Shown: positions 34,822-48,969 of the stretch, in pieces
Layout of the letters: each line of letters starts with the position of its first letter
Position numbering within the stretch: position 1 is the stretch's first letter
From: Octopus sinensis
Taxonomy: Eukaryota
Length of the DNA stretch: 64,000 nt
Direction of reading: 5' to 3'
Assembly: GCF_006345805.1 (NCBI RefSeq)
Contig: NC_043013.1
Location: 57,412,001-57,476,000, forward strand
Position numbers and translations under genes: made by a program
Notes under the pieces: model-generated
Databases searched by the model: none
Seen by the model: only the letters and a program-made list of their open reading frames with translations
What the model was told of the DNA's origin: nothing

Positions 34822-37800
34822 TATATATATATTTCAGTAAATTTCCATATGTACAACCAATTTATTGACTTTGATGTTACGCCACTCTCCTGACGCCGTC
34901 ATAAACGGGAGCTCTAAATGTCTTGGCACAACTTGCTAGAAATAACAGGCATATCTTCTCCAAATCACATCACACTATTTTGATTAAGAAGGGTGTATTA
35001 GATTATGTTGTTGCTGATATATTATGACATAGGTCAACTGGGTCAAAAACGGATTTGTAAGCATGACAATAACAACAGCAGCAACAACAGCAACGACGAC
35101 GACAACAACAGCTAGCTTTGGTTATTGCACTTTTCACTTTTAAAACGGACATTATCGAAATTCCTTCGATTCAAGACTAACTTCTGGGGACTTTCTTTTT
35201 ATATCGAAAGTCCAAATTATGGAAGTTTACCGATTCGCAACGATAGAAAATATCACAAAAGATTTACTACAAAAATTGGGAACTCACCCCACAAAACGTA
35301 TTCCAAAATCCCAAAAAGAAAATCGAAAGAAAAATGCATGGAAAAGTGTTGGAGGTTGAATCACAGAAATGGAGAGAAATATTTTGTAGGAAACGAGTTT
35401 GATCAAGTTATTAGGAAAGCAATAAACTTGTTCAAATTCTAAAGGTCACACGTATTCATGCATGCACACACACGCATACCCATACAAGGGACATATATGC
35501 ATACACATGCACGCATATACACACACACACACATACGCACACATTCCTACATACATGTGTATCACTGCGCATTGAGAGTTATATTTCCAGGCAAGTTTCT
35601 GTGAATATATATTTATATGTGTGTGTGTGTGTGTGTGTGTGCAGGTGTCTCTTTGTGTGAGTGACTGCACATATAGCATGTCGAATTCAAAAAGAAGCTT
35701 CGAATGAAATATGTTTTATAAAAACCCATTTGGTAGACATCTGCACACATATCTATACAGCGAAGCACACGCTGACACTCCGGTCTATAATAATATAACC
35801 TCCTGGCGGTGACTCCGACTCCGCCGCCGCTCTTGCATTGATTAGCGAGCTGGATTATTTGAGAAAAATATGTCCGATGATTGGATTGTTAGAAAATGGC
35901 ATATTTCAAAAAAGAAGAAAACAAAACCTACAAAAAAAAAACAGCAAAAACACAACTGTTAAGATATATACAATAGTTTATATATATGTAAGTAGTATAT
36001 AACATATATACATATCATATATATATATATAAGTTTTTATATACATATAATATATATATATAAGTTTTTATATACATATATATTATATGTATGTCTCTAT
36101 ACATGCACACGTATGTAGCCATGTGTATGTACATACAGACATAGCATAAACCATTTCATACAGAGATAGAAAGAGAGTACTGCCATATCTTCACAGCAAT
36201 AATGCAATAAAAAAAAACTATCTTCCAAACTGGAATGAAATCAATTCAGTGAATATGTGGCTAACTTTAAATATGTCTATTTATTTGTGAAGATATCTGC
36301 TAATTTTATCGAACTTCATTCCGACTATGTGTCATAAAATAGTAACAATTCCAATATCAAATAAAATATCAGGTTGTTTGTCTCTAGATTCTGTAGAGAA
36401 ATTCTTTTAATAAATGGTAGAAGTAAAGTTGGAATATGTATAAGATCTTGTCAATGGATCTCGGACGGATACGCACAGGCAAACGATGTTCTGTTGTCCT
36501 TGGTGTTGTTGTTGATGCTATTGCTATTGCCACTTTTGAGGTTGTTGTTACTGTTGTTGTCGTTGCTTTTGTTACATTGTTAAGTTAAATGTAAAGACAT
36601 AGAGCTGCCTACGTCCATTGATTCGTAAATACATTCACCCATACACACACATTTATATGTTTGTAGGGCTGTATGCATACATATGTCTCTTTCGTTACAA
36701 TTATGCAATGCATATAAATGTACTTTTACACACAGACATATTCATATATAGATGTGCATATGCATACACACACACACATGCACACATGTATGTATGCTTG
36801 TGTGTGCCTATGTATTCTGATATACAACACACAGAGACACAATCAGACATATACAGACACATACAGAAACGCACATAGAGACGCGTATGTAAATATGTAT
36901 ATAAATACATATGCGTATATATATATATGACTGATACGTGAATTCATGCTTACAGCCGCACACAAATACGCATATATATACTTACATATGTGTATGAGTG
37001 TATTCTTATGCTAGCCGGAGCGTGTGTATCCACATACGTTGCTCGTTGCTGATAAAGAAGATAAAGAGAATGAAAGAGGAACATTCCGATAAGATATTTT
37101 TCATTTCATTATCATCTCTGGAGTAGCATTTGGAAACAACAATCATATCAAGCAGAATTTACTATCTAAATCACAGACAGATAACGATAATACCTTGCCA
37201 GCAAGTACCATATCCACAGCACACTTCTTTGCAAAAACAAAATACAAAATACCGCCTATAAATGTTTGTATTTCAGTGCTGGAGCAATGTTGTAGGAAAT
37301 CTCAAAGAGAGAGCTTTATCTACATATCTATACACACATGTGTCTTCATACACACACACACACACACATATATGTATATGTCTGTTGCGTATATATGTGC
37401 GTGTATATATATATACATAAATATAAATATATAAATATACATATATATCTTTGTATAAATATGTATATATATATAAATATGCATATACATAAACATATAC
37501 CAGCATATATACGCACAGACGCATGGACACATGTTACTTAGAAGAAAAATATATATAACAGAAAAAAACCTAAACACACTTGTCTGTTATCTCTCCTATA
37601 AAGATTCCAAAACTTTAAGGAATCTACCGTAATGGAAGAAAGTATATTAATATTCCATAACTAGTATTTGGGTTTCATTCGAATCAATAATAATTTCTTA
37701 TGATTTTTCTATAATCTGAAGATTGCATGTTGATGAAATCTTTGCTGCTAAAACCAACATCTCGTTCCATCTGATATCACAGCACACTGCATATAGACTA

Positions 37801-39199
37801 ACGTTTGTTTCATTAGAAACCAGCTGTAAAGCCTGATAAACGTCAACCATAAAACATATTTCTTTTATTGATTATTTAGCAGTTTTGTAATGTCATGTCA
37901 TGCATCAATGTAACCCAGTTTACGCACAGAAACACACACAGGGACACATTCACATACGCTCACACACATACAGAGACGCGCGCGTGCTCACACACAAACA
38001 TGCACACGTACATATATACACAGACACATAAGTTTTAAGCCTCCCTTTTGGGTGAAAGGAGAATGGAAATATTTTATTCTATACTATTGCCGTTCAGTGA
38101 AAAAGGTGTAAGTCTCCTGACGGACTGCTTCACGGCTTGTTGCCTTCTCCTCAGAGAACCAGTACTCGTAGCAGCGTTCAGTCTCTATAAAACGCAGTCA
38201 TTATATAGGATAGATTAATTATATATTTGTGTATTTCACAACGTTTCTTTCATATCTACTCTTATTTCAACCATAGGATAAGGATTTATAATATTTGAAT
38301 ATATACTTACCTTTTTCGAATTCAAGCAGTGTTGAGAATTACAAAAACGCGAGCGCGCACACACGTAAGTACTTATGAAGTCGCAATGAAAGAAATTAAC
38401 TCAAAACATGACACAGAAATATATCGTTAATGGGAAGCAGCTGATGACTTCCTCAGTAAATGCCTAATTGTTCAACGAAACTCCATTGATATTGCCTGAT
38501 TCAATGACTTATCCTTTCTTTCTTTCTCTCTGTATACGGAAAACTGAAAACAGAAATACACATTTATAATTTACATTTTCCACCCAACAGACGATATAAG
38601 AGGCAGTATAACAGAACTGCTTACTGTGCAATTAAGGAATTAATCTAAATAAACATACCTTTATGCTAGCTGCACGAATCACTTGAGAAATTTCACAAAG
38701 TTTTATTGTTAAACACAGCTAGCAGCTATTTGTAGCTCTTTAGGCAATTCAGCTGCCATTTGTTTCATGCAAGAATTCGTCAATATTTCAAACTATTCTG
38801 CTGGCATCTTTTCTTTTTGTCCACCCAGAGAAAGACAAAATACATTATTATTGTCAAAGTACAGTAACGGCTGCGTTACTGCGCGCACGCACACATACAT
38901 ATGTGACTACACACCTATACGTGTATAAATACACAGGCATACATATAAACATACATGCAGACTCATACATGCATACATGTCTATATAAAAAAAGCAAAGA
39001 ATCTTTGTATCAGTGATTAAACTCCACCTTTACGTACACCCAATATGCATGAAGCAACGAGGGAGATACTTATATAGCCACCCAATCTGCCAGGCGCTGA
39101 AACAATATCGATAATAACTGATATGGTTACGTTGATGTCCTTAACACAAATGTAAGCGCATGATGCACTGCAGAACTTTCGAGACTTTTTCAGAGGGGA

Positions 39200-39490
39200 C
39201 ATTTGTTAACTTCAAAGAAGTACGAAACTCTATTGTTCTTGAAGCTAGCATCCTCTCACTTCAGTGCACTTGTTTTAATGTTCCATCGCTCCGTGAAGTC
39301 CTCTAAAGTGAAGATGTTCAGGACCCTTGTCACAGCCTCCTTCATCTTCGAAACAACTAACCTGAGATTCTCCTTCATTTTGGAGTACAACCAAAACTCA
39401 CAGGGAGCAATGTCTGGACTGAAGGAAGAGGGTACGGGATAGTTTTGGCGCCAATCGTTGGCAAGTAGTTGGTTACCGGGATGGAAATGT
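39200..39490 (-). mobile_element. Mariner 3' remnant
   Basis: ORF 39256..39495 SFSPDIAPCEFWLYSKMKENLR...MKEAVTRVL matches YSPDLAPCDFWLFPKLK. Confidence 0.85.
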
Positions 39491-39552
39491 AGCAAGAAAA
39501 ATTTCTCTTCTGTAAAGTAAGATCAGTTTTAGATTAGTTTTAGAAAGGTTAT

Positions 39553-39840
39553 GTCGATTACATCGACCTAAGTATTCAACTGGTACTTATTTTATCGACC
39601 CAGAAGGGATGAAAAGCGAACTCGACCTCAGCGGAATTTGAACTCACAAGTTAAAGACGGTTGAAATGCTGCTAAGCATTTTGTCCAGCGTGCTATCCAT
39701 TCTGCCAGTTCAATATACATAGATTTCAAATTTTGGCACAAGGCCAGCAATTTTGCGGAGAGAGGTAAATAGATTACATCTCCCTCACTGTTCAACAGGT
39801 ACTTATTTTATCGACCCCAGCGGAATTTGAACCCAAATGT
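39553..39840 (-). mobile_element. Two adjacent decayed SINE copies (OK/OR-like)
   Basis: GTCGATTACATCGAC core and GGAATTTGAACTC (reverse B-box) at 39553-39710; tail-B copy at 39719-39838. Confidence 0.8.
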
Positions 39841-40102
39841 ATTATTTTATATTAACACCTAAACACTATTCAGTTTATAAACTACACTATACTACTATAT
39901 TAATCTATTAATATAATATTTGTTACTATCAAAAATATTATTTCCTAACCTCATATCTTTTAAACTTTTCTAATGTTCTAATGTATTAAATATATTAGCA
40001 CCTAGAAACGCTTTAATAGCATTACTATACTCACGAGAGTGTGACAAAAGTTACATATTTTATACAATAGACATAACCTATTTTAAATAATAATAACGAT
40101 TA

Positions 40103-40159
<57 letters not shown>

Positions 40160-41396
40160 ATACATACATATAAAGGTTATGTTAAAAGTATCCACTAACG
40201 CAATTAAAGTATACACACAGTAGATACCAAAATTATATGATATTGAAATAGATTCGTCTATTTTCCCAAAGCTCTGTCCCCATTTAGTGTAATTAAACGA
40301 TAATTAAACGATAGCAATTTAAAATGACATGTTCTGCTTAATTGAACTCCTTGAATTCTGTTAATTATCTATTTTAATAATGATATAACGGCATTGCCAA
40401 TATTTGCCTACAGAAATAAGTCTTTCAACTATATAATATCGACACTAAGAAAATCAGCCGAGTGCGCCTTCACCACACTTTAACCTACCCAGATTTGGGA
40501 GTAAAAGTCCACCGTGGGTCTTACTTGAGGGTTACTGGTTTTTGGCAGAATGTTTTCATAGCATTGAGTGCCTATGTTTCTCCGATATTGTTAATATTGA
40601 TGTCTGTGTGTCATCATCAAATTTCCTGCCCTATTTTAATAAAAATACTAAAATGTTGCATCTCATGCATAAATATACATATTGATAAACATAAAACTGG
40701 TTGATACATCTAACGTCCTCCACCAATATTAGATCTCACTTAACCAAATTAAAAATTGGCAAACCTTGTTTTGTTTTAAATAATTTTTCATGTTATCTTA
40801 TTTAATATTTTAAAATGTTTTTATTTTATGTCCTTCTCTCTGCTAAGACAAGTTGGTATCAGATTATAAATTAAAAAGAATCGTTCTAAGATTATATGGA
40901 GAGACTAGTCGTGAAACCATCTTTTTTTTTTTTTTAGTTAGAAAAGATCAATAGGTGATTAATAGTTCATAGATTGTGGAAACATTTTTGGTTTCTTGCT
41001 TTGTTCTTTCTTTAATGGTTCTATTAGAAGTGAAGTTGTATTTTAATGGTAATGTTGTTATTGAAGCCTGATAGATGTTGGCCTATGTATTTATGTTCTT
41101 ATTTTGTTTTTTTATATTTCAGTTCAGATATCTATGAATATTTTATTACTAATTTATGGGAAACATGCATGAAAGAGATTGTTTAGGTTGGTGTTTTATA
41201 AAAAAATTATATATATATATTTAAAGGAAAATATGTAGTGGCAACGAAATGGTTTTAAAAGCTATTTATTTGAAAGCCATTTAAAATGTAATAATAATCT
41301 TTGGTGCACTAACTAGAGAGTAGGTGGGTTGCTGTTTTGATAAAAGGCAGACATGTTCTACCAGATAATTGGTGAGTTTGTGTGGCTTAGACGATG

Positions 41397-41454
<58 letters not shown>

Positions 41455-43059
41455 AAGTGAAACATCAACACTCAAAAGAGGCACTGGAATATTTTGAGTA
41501 ACAAACAAAGCAGAAGTATTAGACAGAATATTAAAATCACTGTATAGAAATAGGTGTGTTTCCTGTGGCAATAACCTTACAGCTTGCATTTTCTTTTATA
41601 CCACATATCACATGTAGTGATCTGTATACTAATTACAACAACGGTAGGGCCTCAAATATGTAGTGAGTTGAAAAACCCCGATGAATTAAGATCATTCAAG
41701 CAATCCGTATTATTTCGAAGCAGTGATCCTAATTTGCTGAATTAAATAAGCAACTTTTACATTTTCTGTGGAATGATTTTTTCTCATCTTTGCGATTAAA
41801 ACAGGTTAGAAAATATGTTGCTATGAACAAAAATGAATGATGAACGCCACAACAGCTGGTCTACACCACAGGTTTCTTTTCTTGGATGCCATATCTTATG
41901 CTCGGAGATCGAGGGTACCAAACATCTTGATAGATACCAGTGCAGAAAGCACCATCCTACCTGTAGTTATTACTTGAACTTGCAACAGGGAGATCATTGA
42001 ACAAAGTTGATGCAGGCCCCGAATTTAAAAACGAAATACCAGGATTTGTAATTTTGCTTTAGCACTGACTAAGATGAGAATTTTTACAAGAGATTCGCCA
42101 GAGATTCTATATATTCTATATAACAACTTTGAGATTCCACTTGAAAACCACTAGCTTAAAGCATTCGAGGCCCCAGGTAAATGTCAAGGCCCAAGAATCA
42201 GACAGTGGGTTTAATAGGTATATGATGGAATACTCTGGACTACCAAGAGGCTGCCAGCAAAAGGAAATAGGATTTATAATTGGACAGTTTTAATCTTATG
42301 GTTTTGTGGAAGAGATGTTTTGTCGATGTAAAGTGTCAAATGAAACCTCACTGATGTTGCTAAAGTTCTCAGGCTGGAGCAGACATTAGCAGGTCTCAAA
42401 GGATAACAACTACTGTAAAGATTTCACTATGAAAGCTATATCATGTGTCCCTGGCGAGGGAGAGGTATCTCATGAGTTTTGGAAAGACAGAAGCTTTGAC
42501 ATGTACTGTTTTAGGGTAATGAGGAAATGCATTCAGACAGGTTTTTGGTTATGTTGACATATCAGAGAAGTAAGTTCTATACGTTCATAAGCCACAAGCA
42601 TAGAGATCAGATTTATGTTAGAAAGGCCCTACTCTATGGCAATAGCGCAGCTTGGATGAATAAGTCAGATCCATAGCGCACATTTGATGTGAGCATGAGT
42701 TTGCTTGACAGCGCGTATACCGACGATCTCATTTTGTTTTGGTTTGCACTCCCCTTCTAACTCAATACTTGGTAAAATACAACTAAATTATTCTTAAATT
42801 CAATACAAAATCATTTCTTACAAAGACCCGAATACAGGAAATATTTCGATAGGCATGTAATTAAAATAGTTATAGCTAAAATAGTTATAGTTCAAATACT
42901 TACAGCTGCGGTCCTATCCTCAAACAAATTATTTCTCACCCGACTGCTTTTATATTTCTTTTCCAGGCATTTTCATGGATTTTTTGTTTTCAAATATTTC
43001 CCACAAAAACTTGCGGAAGTTTGAAGATTTACCAAACTTTTCCCTTCCCTGCCTTTCTT

Positions 43060-43180
43060 TTTTCTTTCTTCTCCTCCTCCCCTCCTCTTCCTCCTCCTCC
43101 TCCTCCGTCTTCTTCTTCTTCTTCCACTTCTTCTTCTTCTTCTTCTCTCTCCCCCTCTCTCTCCCTATCTCTCTCCACTC
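43060..43180. repeat. Pyrimidine-rich (TCC)n/(TTC)n/(TC)n tract
   Basis: Read directly. Confidence 0.9.
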
Positions 43181-43740
43181 GTGCGCTTTTATCATATATA
43201 TATATCCAGCGCATTTTATTATATATATCTGTAAATATACATGAGTATTTGTGCACATGTTTGAGTGTGCGTATGTGTGTGAGAGAGAGATACATCCAAT
43301 GAAGGATGAAAATTATGTTGTTGTTGCTTTTTAGCCCTAGGCCACCTAAGCATAGCTGTAGCTAAATGGCGTCAATCTATATTCATATTATTGTATTTCT
43401 TTTTCCTACCTCAACGTATCTCGAATTACGTTAGACAATTGGTTGTTTCCTGGCGGTGGGATACGATTTGTAGAAGATTTGCTGTTTCAAGGAAATTGAG
43501 TGAATACATCCTGATTGTTAATTATTGGAATATTAGTTTTGCTGCTGTTTATAGCATGTATAAAGAAAATAAATCTACCCAACCTTCTAAGGTACTTGGT
43601 ATGAGAGTCCCGTTCGGAGGAGGTGCTTTCCCTGTGCAAACGAACTCGTCCCTTTGCAGCAATTCCAGAAAATCACTAGCTAAACCCGTCTATCTCACAT
43701 GTCTTAGGGCTGAAGGGGAAAGAGAGAATTTGTGAAGATC

Positions 43741-43969
43741 TATTTCTTTACTACCCACAAGGGGCTAAACATAGAGTGGACAAACAAGGACAAAGGGATT
43801 AAGTCGATTACATCGACCCCAGTGCGTAACTGGTACTTAATTTATCGACCCCGAAAGGATGAAAGGTAAAGTCGACCTCGGCGGAATTTGAACTCAGAAT
43901 GTAACGGCAGACGAAATACGGCCACGCATTTCGCCCGGCGTGCTAACGCTTCAACCAGCTCGCCGCCCT
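43741..43969 (-). mobile_element. tRNA-derived SINE (tail type A) with 16-bp TSD
   Basis: Reverse complement of the 9728-9960 family; TSD AGAA(T/C)TTGTGAAGATC at 43725-43740 and 43970-43985. Confidence 0.9.
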
Positions 43970-45139
43970 AGAACTTGTGAAGATCAAGAGTACTGTTACA
44001 TTCTCCGGGACTGGGTCACTAAGACTAAAAGAAGTATGAAACCAACGCATTGTATCTTCTTCATTTGTGAGAGAAACTGAAGTTATCAAACAATTCTTGG
44101 AATCATCCTCTGAACCAATAGACATCCACTCAGATCCCTCCACACTAAAAATAATTCGTATTCGATCCACGTTTACACTACTGTTAAACAAGTTTGAACA
44201 CCAAATTATAAGACCACTAATGTTGCATAATTACCTCTATTTTACAATCATCTTGTCCTCTGCTCACCACCATCACCCCCCACAATGTCAATAACAACAA
44301 TAACAACAAGTGCCACAAGCGAAACCCCGAATACACGAAAGTGAATGCTGTTAAATAAACCTGTTACACTGCATGCTGTCTAGAAATATAAACCATAAAC
44401 AACCATTATTAGAAATAATATCATTTTTATGGCAACTAAACATTTTAAATGGCGACCTCTCTCCGGGACGAAACAAATTCTCACACACATACACACACAC
44501 ATACATATTTATATAAATACAAACACATGAAAGTATGTCTATGTATATATATGCACATGCATATACGTTTATATACAGTCATATATACAAGCATATACAT
44601 CATTTACATAGATAAAACCACAAACAGATGCACAAATATGCATCTATACATCCATCCATTCATATATACGTACATATATACAGAGAAACATACACATACA
44701 TATACACATGTATCGATGTCTGCAGCAGTTTGCGTGTGTATATAAATATGCATTTATGTAAAAGTATAAATACACACACACGCACATATATATTTGCATG
44801 TCTGGTTATGTGCGTGCTTCTATCACTCTGCCATTGAGTATGTGGGGCTGACTTAATCTTTCTATAATTCAGTAATTGTGAACAGAAATAAAATTACTTA
44901 CATATTTTTATAGCTATAAAATATAATTTATTCCGATTTTCTCAAAATTAAGATGCACAGATTTAGTGACTTAGCGCGAATCTCTATTCTGTTCAGTGTC
45001 CTGTTAAGATATCAAAAATGTAAATCAGCCAAATTCTCTGTGTAATCATTCATACATGTATATTTTACATAGAACAACATTAGTAGCTTCAAGAGAGCCA
45101 ACGTGGCTTACTTCACCGTTCTCCTCTCCCTCTTTCTCT

Positions 45140-45142
45140 CTC

Positions 45143-45187
<45 letters not shown>

Positions 45188-45289
45188 AGTCTCTCAGTAT
45201 CTTATCGCAATCCCTCGATCATTTTCTCATTAATTTCTGCCTCGCACTCAGCGATTTAGTTATGCATGTATATATACGTTTATGAACGC

Positions 45290-45324
<35 letters not shown>

Positions 45325-45419
45325 CATGTATGTATGTATATATGTGTGTGTGTCATCTTTGTCTTTTTCTCTAAATACTCTCTTTTCCATTGCAGTCTCT
45401 CTTTCGTCACTCTGTTTGG

Positions 45420-45491
<72 letters not shown>

Positions 45492-45495
45492 ATCT
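45140..45495. repeat. Clustered (CT)n, (TA)n and (TATC)n microsatellites
   Basis: Read directly. Confidence 0.9.
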
Positions 45496-46739
45496 ATATC
45501 CATATATGAATTACGTGTGCCCGTGTATCTGCATGTGTATCACATTCTATTTCACTTCACCTTACTTTAATAAATATGTAAATACCTTTATTTACATATC
45601 ATGTAAATAATCATTCCTAAGATGTACCATAAATGGAAGCAAAATCTTTGGGTGTTTAACTTCGAAAAATGTCTGCTTTTTGACAGCTTATTGGTGATTT
45701 GAGATAATTTGAATATATTTCATATTATGATGGTGTGGAGTACTTGCAGGAATATAACAGAAAACCATAAGACTGGAATAAAGAGTTCTATGACAAGAAA
45801 CATGGTTTTGAATTGTTGAAAGTTACGTTCTATGAACTAATTTAATGCTTGTTGACTAACTTTCACCTCTTTATGTTTAGGTGGAACCGTGCTTTCAGTA
45901 GTGAAGACTACTTGTCATCTGCAGACGTCGAAGATGACAACCGGAGGCTGCTTAATGTTTATCCAAAGTTCTATACAATATATTTACATGTAGCATCGTA
46001 CACAGTGTTTTAGTGTTACATTTCAACTTTGATATTTTCCCGATGACCACTGGCTGTTGGGGCGGTTCTTATGCAGAGAATATTATAACCGTCGATCATC
46101 AACAAAGTCTTGCGCTGAATTTATCTATCATTCATTTTTCACCTGGCGTAAGGCCAATGTTTGTGAAGAAGGATCATCATTGAGTGAATTGGATGAAAAT
46201 ATTTTACAGCCGTTATATTAGTTGAGCCCAGGAGGCATAGAAATCTATTGCAAAGTTTGAAATCGGTAAATTGAAGTCTGACAGTATTGAGTCAAAGACT
46301 TAGTCTAGCAAACTGACATTTCTGCTGCCAGCATTTTGAGAGATGGAAATTATATATGTTTTTTTTTTGTTTTTTTCTGTTTTCAATTTTTTAAGCTGTA
46401 TCTCCGCTGTCTGAGTTCAAATATCACTGAGGTCTAACGTCCATTTAATCATTTTGTGGTATTTAAATATAATATAAGCCAAGTACTGCGGGAGATTTTC
46501 TTCATTTTTTCCCTCAAACTTATAATATACCTCAAAAGGGTATATATAGTTATTAATCAAATTCACTTAATTAAAAGGTAAACGGAGGACTCCCGAAAGA
46601 AAACAACGAGAAAGAAGTTTCATATTCTTCTTGGAAAATGCAATTTTTTCTCACTTCTTTTTACTTCACAGACATGTGATGAAAGGAGTAGTGGGGCCAA
46701 GGTATAAGTAATTCTTTCTAGTCCCCTTAAAATAGTCAT

Positions 46740-46787
<48 letters not shown>

Positions 46788-47559
46788 GGAGCAGGAGAAA
46801 CGATGATATGACTTCGCTAACATTATATTTATCGACCTGAAAGGGACGAAGATCATTTATCAAAGATATTCTGGATGTAGTATAACACACGCACACACAC
46901 ACACACATACACACATACATATACATGTGTGTGTTGTCGGTTCTTATACTGGTGCCAGAGAGATGGTGTACAAGAATGCATATAAAACATTGTTAATTAG
47001 GCCGAGATAAACCGCAAAACCTGAAGTCATTCCAGCCGAGAACCCTCTGGATTTCATGTTTTTGAAACAGTGTATCAAGGGGCGAGATATCATATTTGTC
47101 CTTTTTTAAAAGTATCTTTTAGAATCAGACTACTGCTTTTAGCAGGTTGGTAGACCACATAGAGGCTCCTTCGTTTGTTAAGGCAGATTCTATATAATCG
47201 GATTAAAGTATATACAGTATGGCGCATTGATGGATTTAGTGGGTGGTACAATTCTGGTTACTGTTTAGTTTCAATTAACATTCTAAGACGGTGGAGTCAG
47301 TCTAAAAGTTCCAAGCTTGGCTAATAATGGTGGATTGCTGCTAATAAGTCATGACAACTGTCGTGATGACATTGGGGATGGTTCTGACGCTCATGGGTTT
47401 GCTAAAGTATTATATATATATATATATATACATGTGTGTGTTTGTGTGTGTGTATGTGTATGTGTGTGTATGATTGCAAGGGGGTTTAAACAAAATATTT
47501 ACATGTAGTTGATGTGAGCTCCCCTATTCTAAAAGAATGACTTCACTTTCTCTCCACAC

Positions 47560-47642
47560 ACACAACACACACACACACATACATACATACATACATACAT
47601 ACATACATACATACATACATACACATACATACATACATACAT

Positions 47643-47673
<31 letters not shown>

Positions 47674-47742
47674 TACATACATACATACATACATACATAC
47701 ATACATACATACATACATACATACATACATACATACATACAT
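47560..47742. repeat. (CATA)n microsatellite
   Basis: Read directly. Confidence 0.95.
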
Positions 47743-47744
47743 AG

Positions 47745-47990
47745 AGCAGGGACAAATCGTGTTGTCATTAATAAAATCACTGAGGTGGCAGGAAACTGAA
47801 GGCTCATTGCTTGCCTAAACATTATGTACAAACTGTACACAAGTTGCCTCAACCAATTCCTCCAGGACCATTGAGAGTATAACAATATTATGACTGATGA
47901 ACTGGCTGGTGGAAAGAAGTGAGTGAGGGGATGTGCCGAACAACTTTTAATAAACAAAGCTGTACTGTTTGAAGTAAGAAAACAATGCAG
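47745..47990 (+). mobile_element. R4/Dong-clade RT internal fragment on the plus strand, with stops
   Basis: GN*RLIACLNIMYKLYTSCLNQFLQDH..ELAGGKK*VRGCAEQLLINKAVL is similar to NYRPITCLPTMFK..EQKGCRKG..GCKDQLMINKAI in the 50370 ORF. Confidence 0.8.
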
Positions 47991-48004
47991 AAACCTTGTG
48001 ACAG

Positions 48005-48354
48005 AATGCTTTATTTAGTTTTGCACAAAGTATTGTTCTCAAGCATGTTTAAGAAAACATAAGATGATTATAAGTTTGTTTTAAGATTTGAGATTGTATA
48101 GTATTTTGGTAGGTTATGGGTAGTTCCCATGAGCAATATTGTTTGAATTTCTGCCATTTTGGGTTTTCCTGGTATCTGAGCTGGGTAGGAATCAGTCCTT
48201 TTTGTTATCATTCCTAGGACACCGATGACAACAAGTATTGTTTTAATCTTCAGGCTCCACATTTTGCCAATTTATATTTTAAGGTCTTCATACTTGCTCA
48301 GTTTTTGGTAAGTCTTGACAGATACATTTATGTCCACTGGGACAGTCATATCAA
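48005..48354 (-). mobile_element. R4/Dong-clade 3' fragment (RLE end), same subfamily as 52525-53424
   Basis: MTVPVDINVSVKTYQKLSKYEDL..KIKTILVVIGVLGMI..KPKMAEIQTILLMGTTH; an extra 3'-tip fragment lies at 48380-48422. Confidence 0.85.
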
Positions 48355-48429
48355 CTATTATCATTATCATTATTATTATATGTTTGACTATTGCTTTGCA
48401 TTTGTACAAGTTGGCTCAAGTTCATTATA

Positions 48430-48483
<54 letters not shown>

Positions 48484-48947
48484 GAGTGAGAGAGCAGTTC
48501 ATGCCATCAAAGTGACACTGGGGTAAAATATACGAAGCCCAATATACCCATCATGACTACCCGTCTGATAAGGGCACACCAGGCACATGCATCACAACCA
48601 TATGTGCGCGACATGGTGGTCTCATATCAAGATAAACAGTGCATGACCTTGCAGGTGGGGCCCAGTTATAATTTTCTTCAGGTTGAGTAGCCCATCCCGC
48701 TCAAAAGGTCCCTGAATAAGGGTTGTTTAAGGATGTTGAAAGAACCACCTAAGTTTCCAGAGGTGAATTATTCAAACCCCAAAGAATCCCTCTCAACACA
48801 TGGCTATGATGCTCCCCCACTACTTCTGCTCGTGATCAGAGAAGCACATATCGTCAGCCACTAAGGGACATGCTCAACCGTTTAAGGTCAAACAACTGAC
48901 AAGCAAATATGTGGTATTGAGCAGAATATTTGCTGTAGCCCATCTTT
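48484..48947 (-). mobile_element. ~465-bp non-coding module bounded by (TAA)n on both sides; probable Dong-associated element or long 3' UTR
   Basis: Flanked by (ATT)n at 48425-48483 and 48948-48969; no ORF of 60 aa or more; strand assumed from its neighbours. Confidence 0.5.
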
Positions 48948-48969
48948 TATTATTATTATTATTATTATT

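Noticed and set aside
42200-42620. Possible highly decayed RTE endonuclease-region remnant
   Set aside because: Only vague residue similarity; it cannot be supported without alignment.
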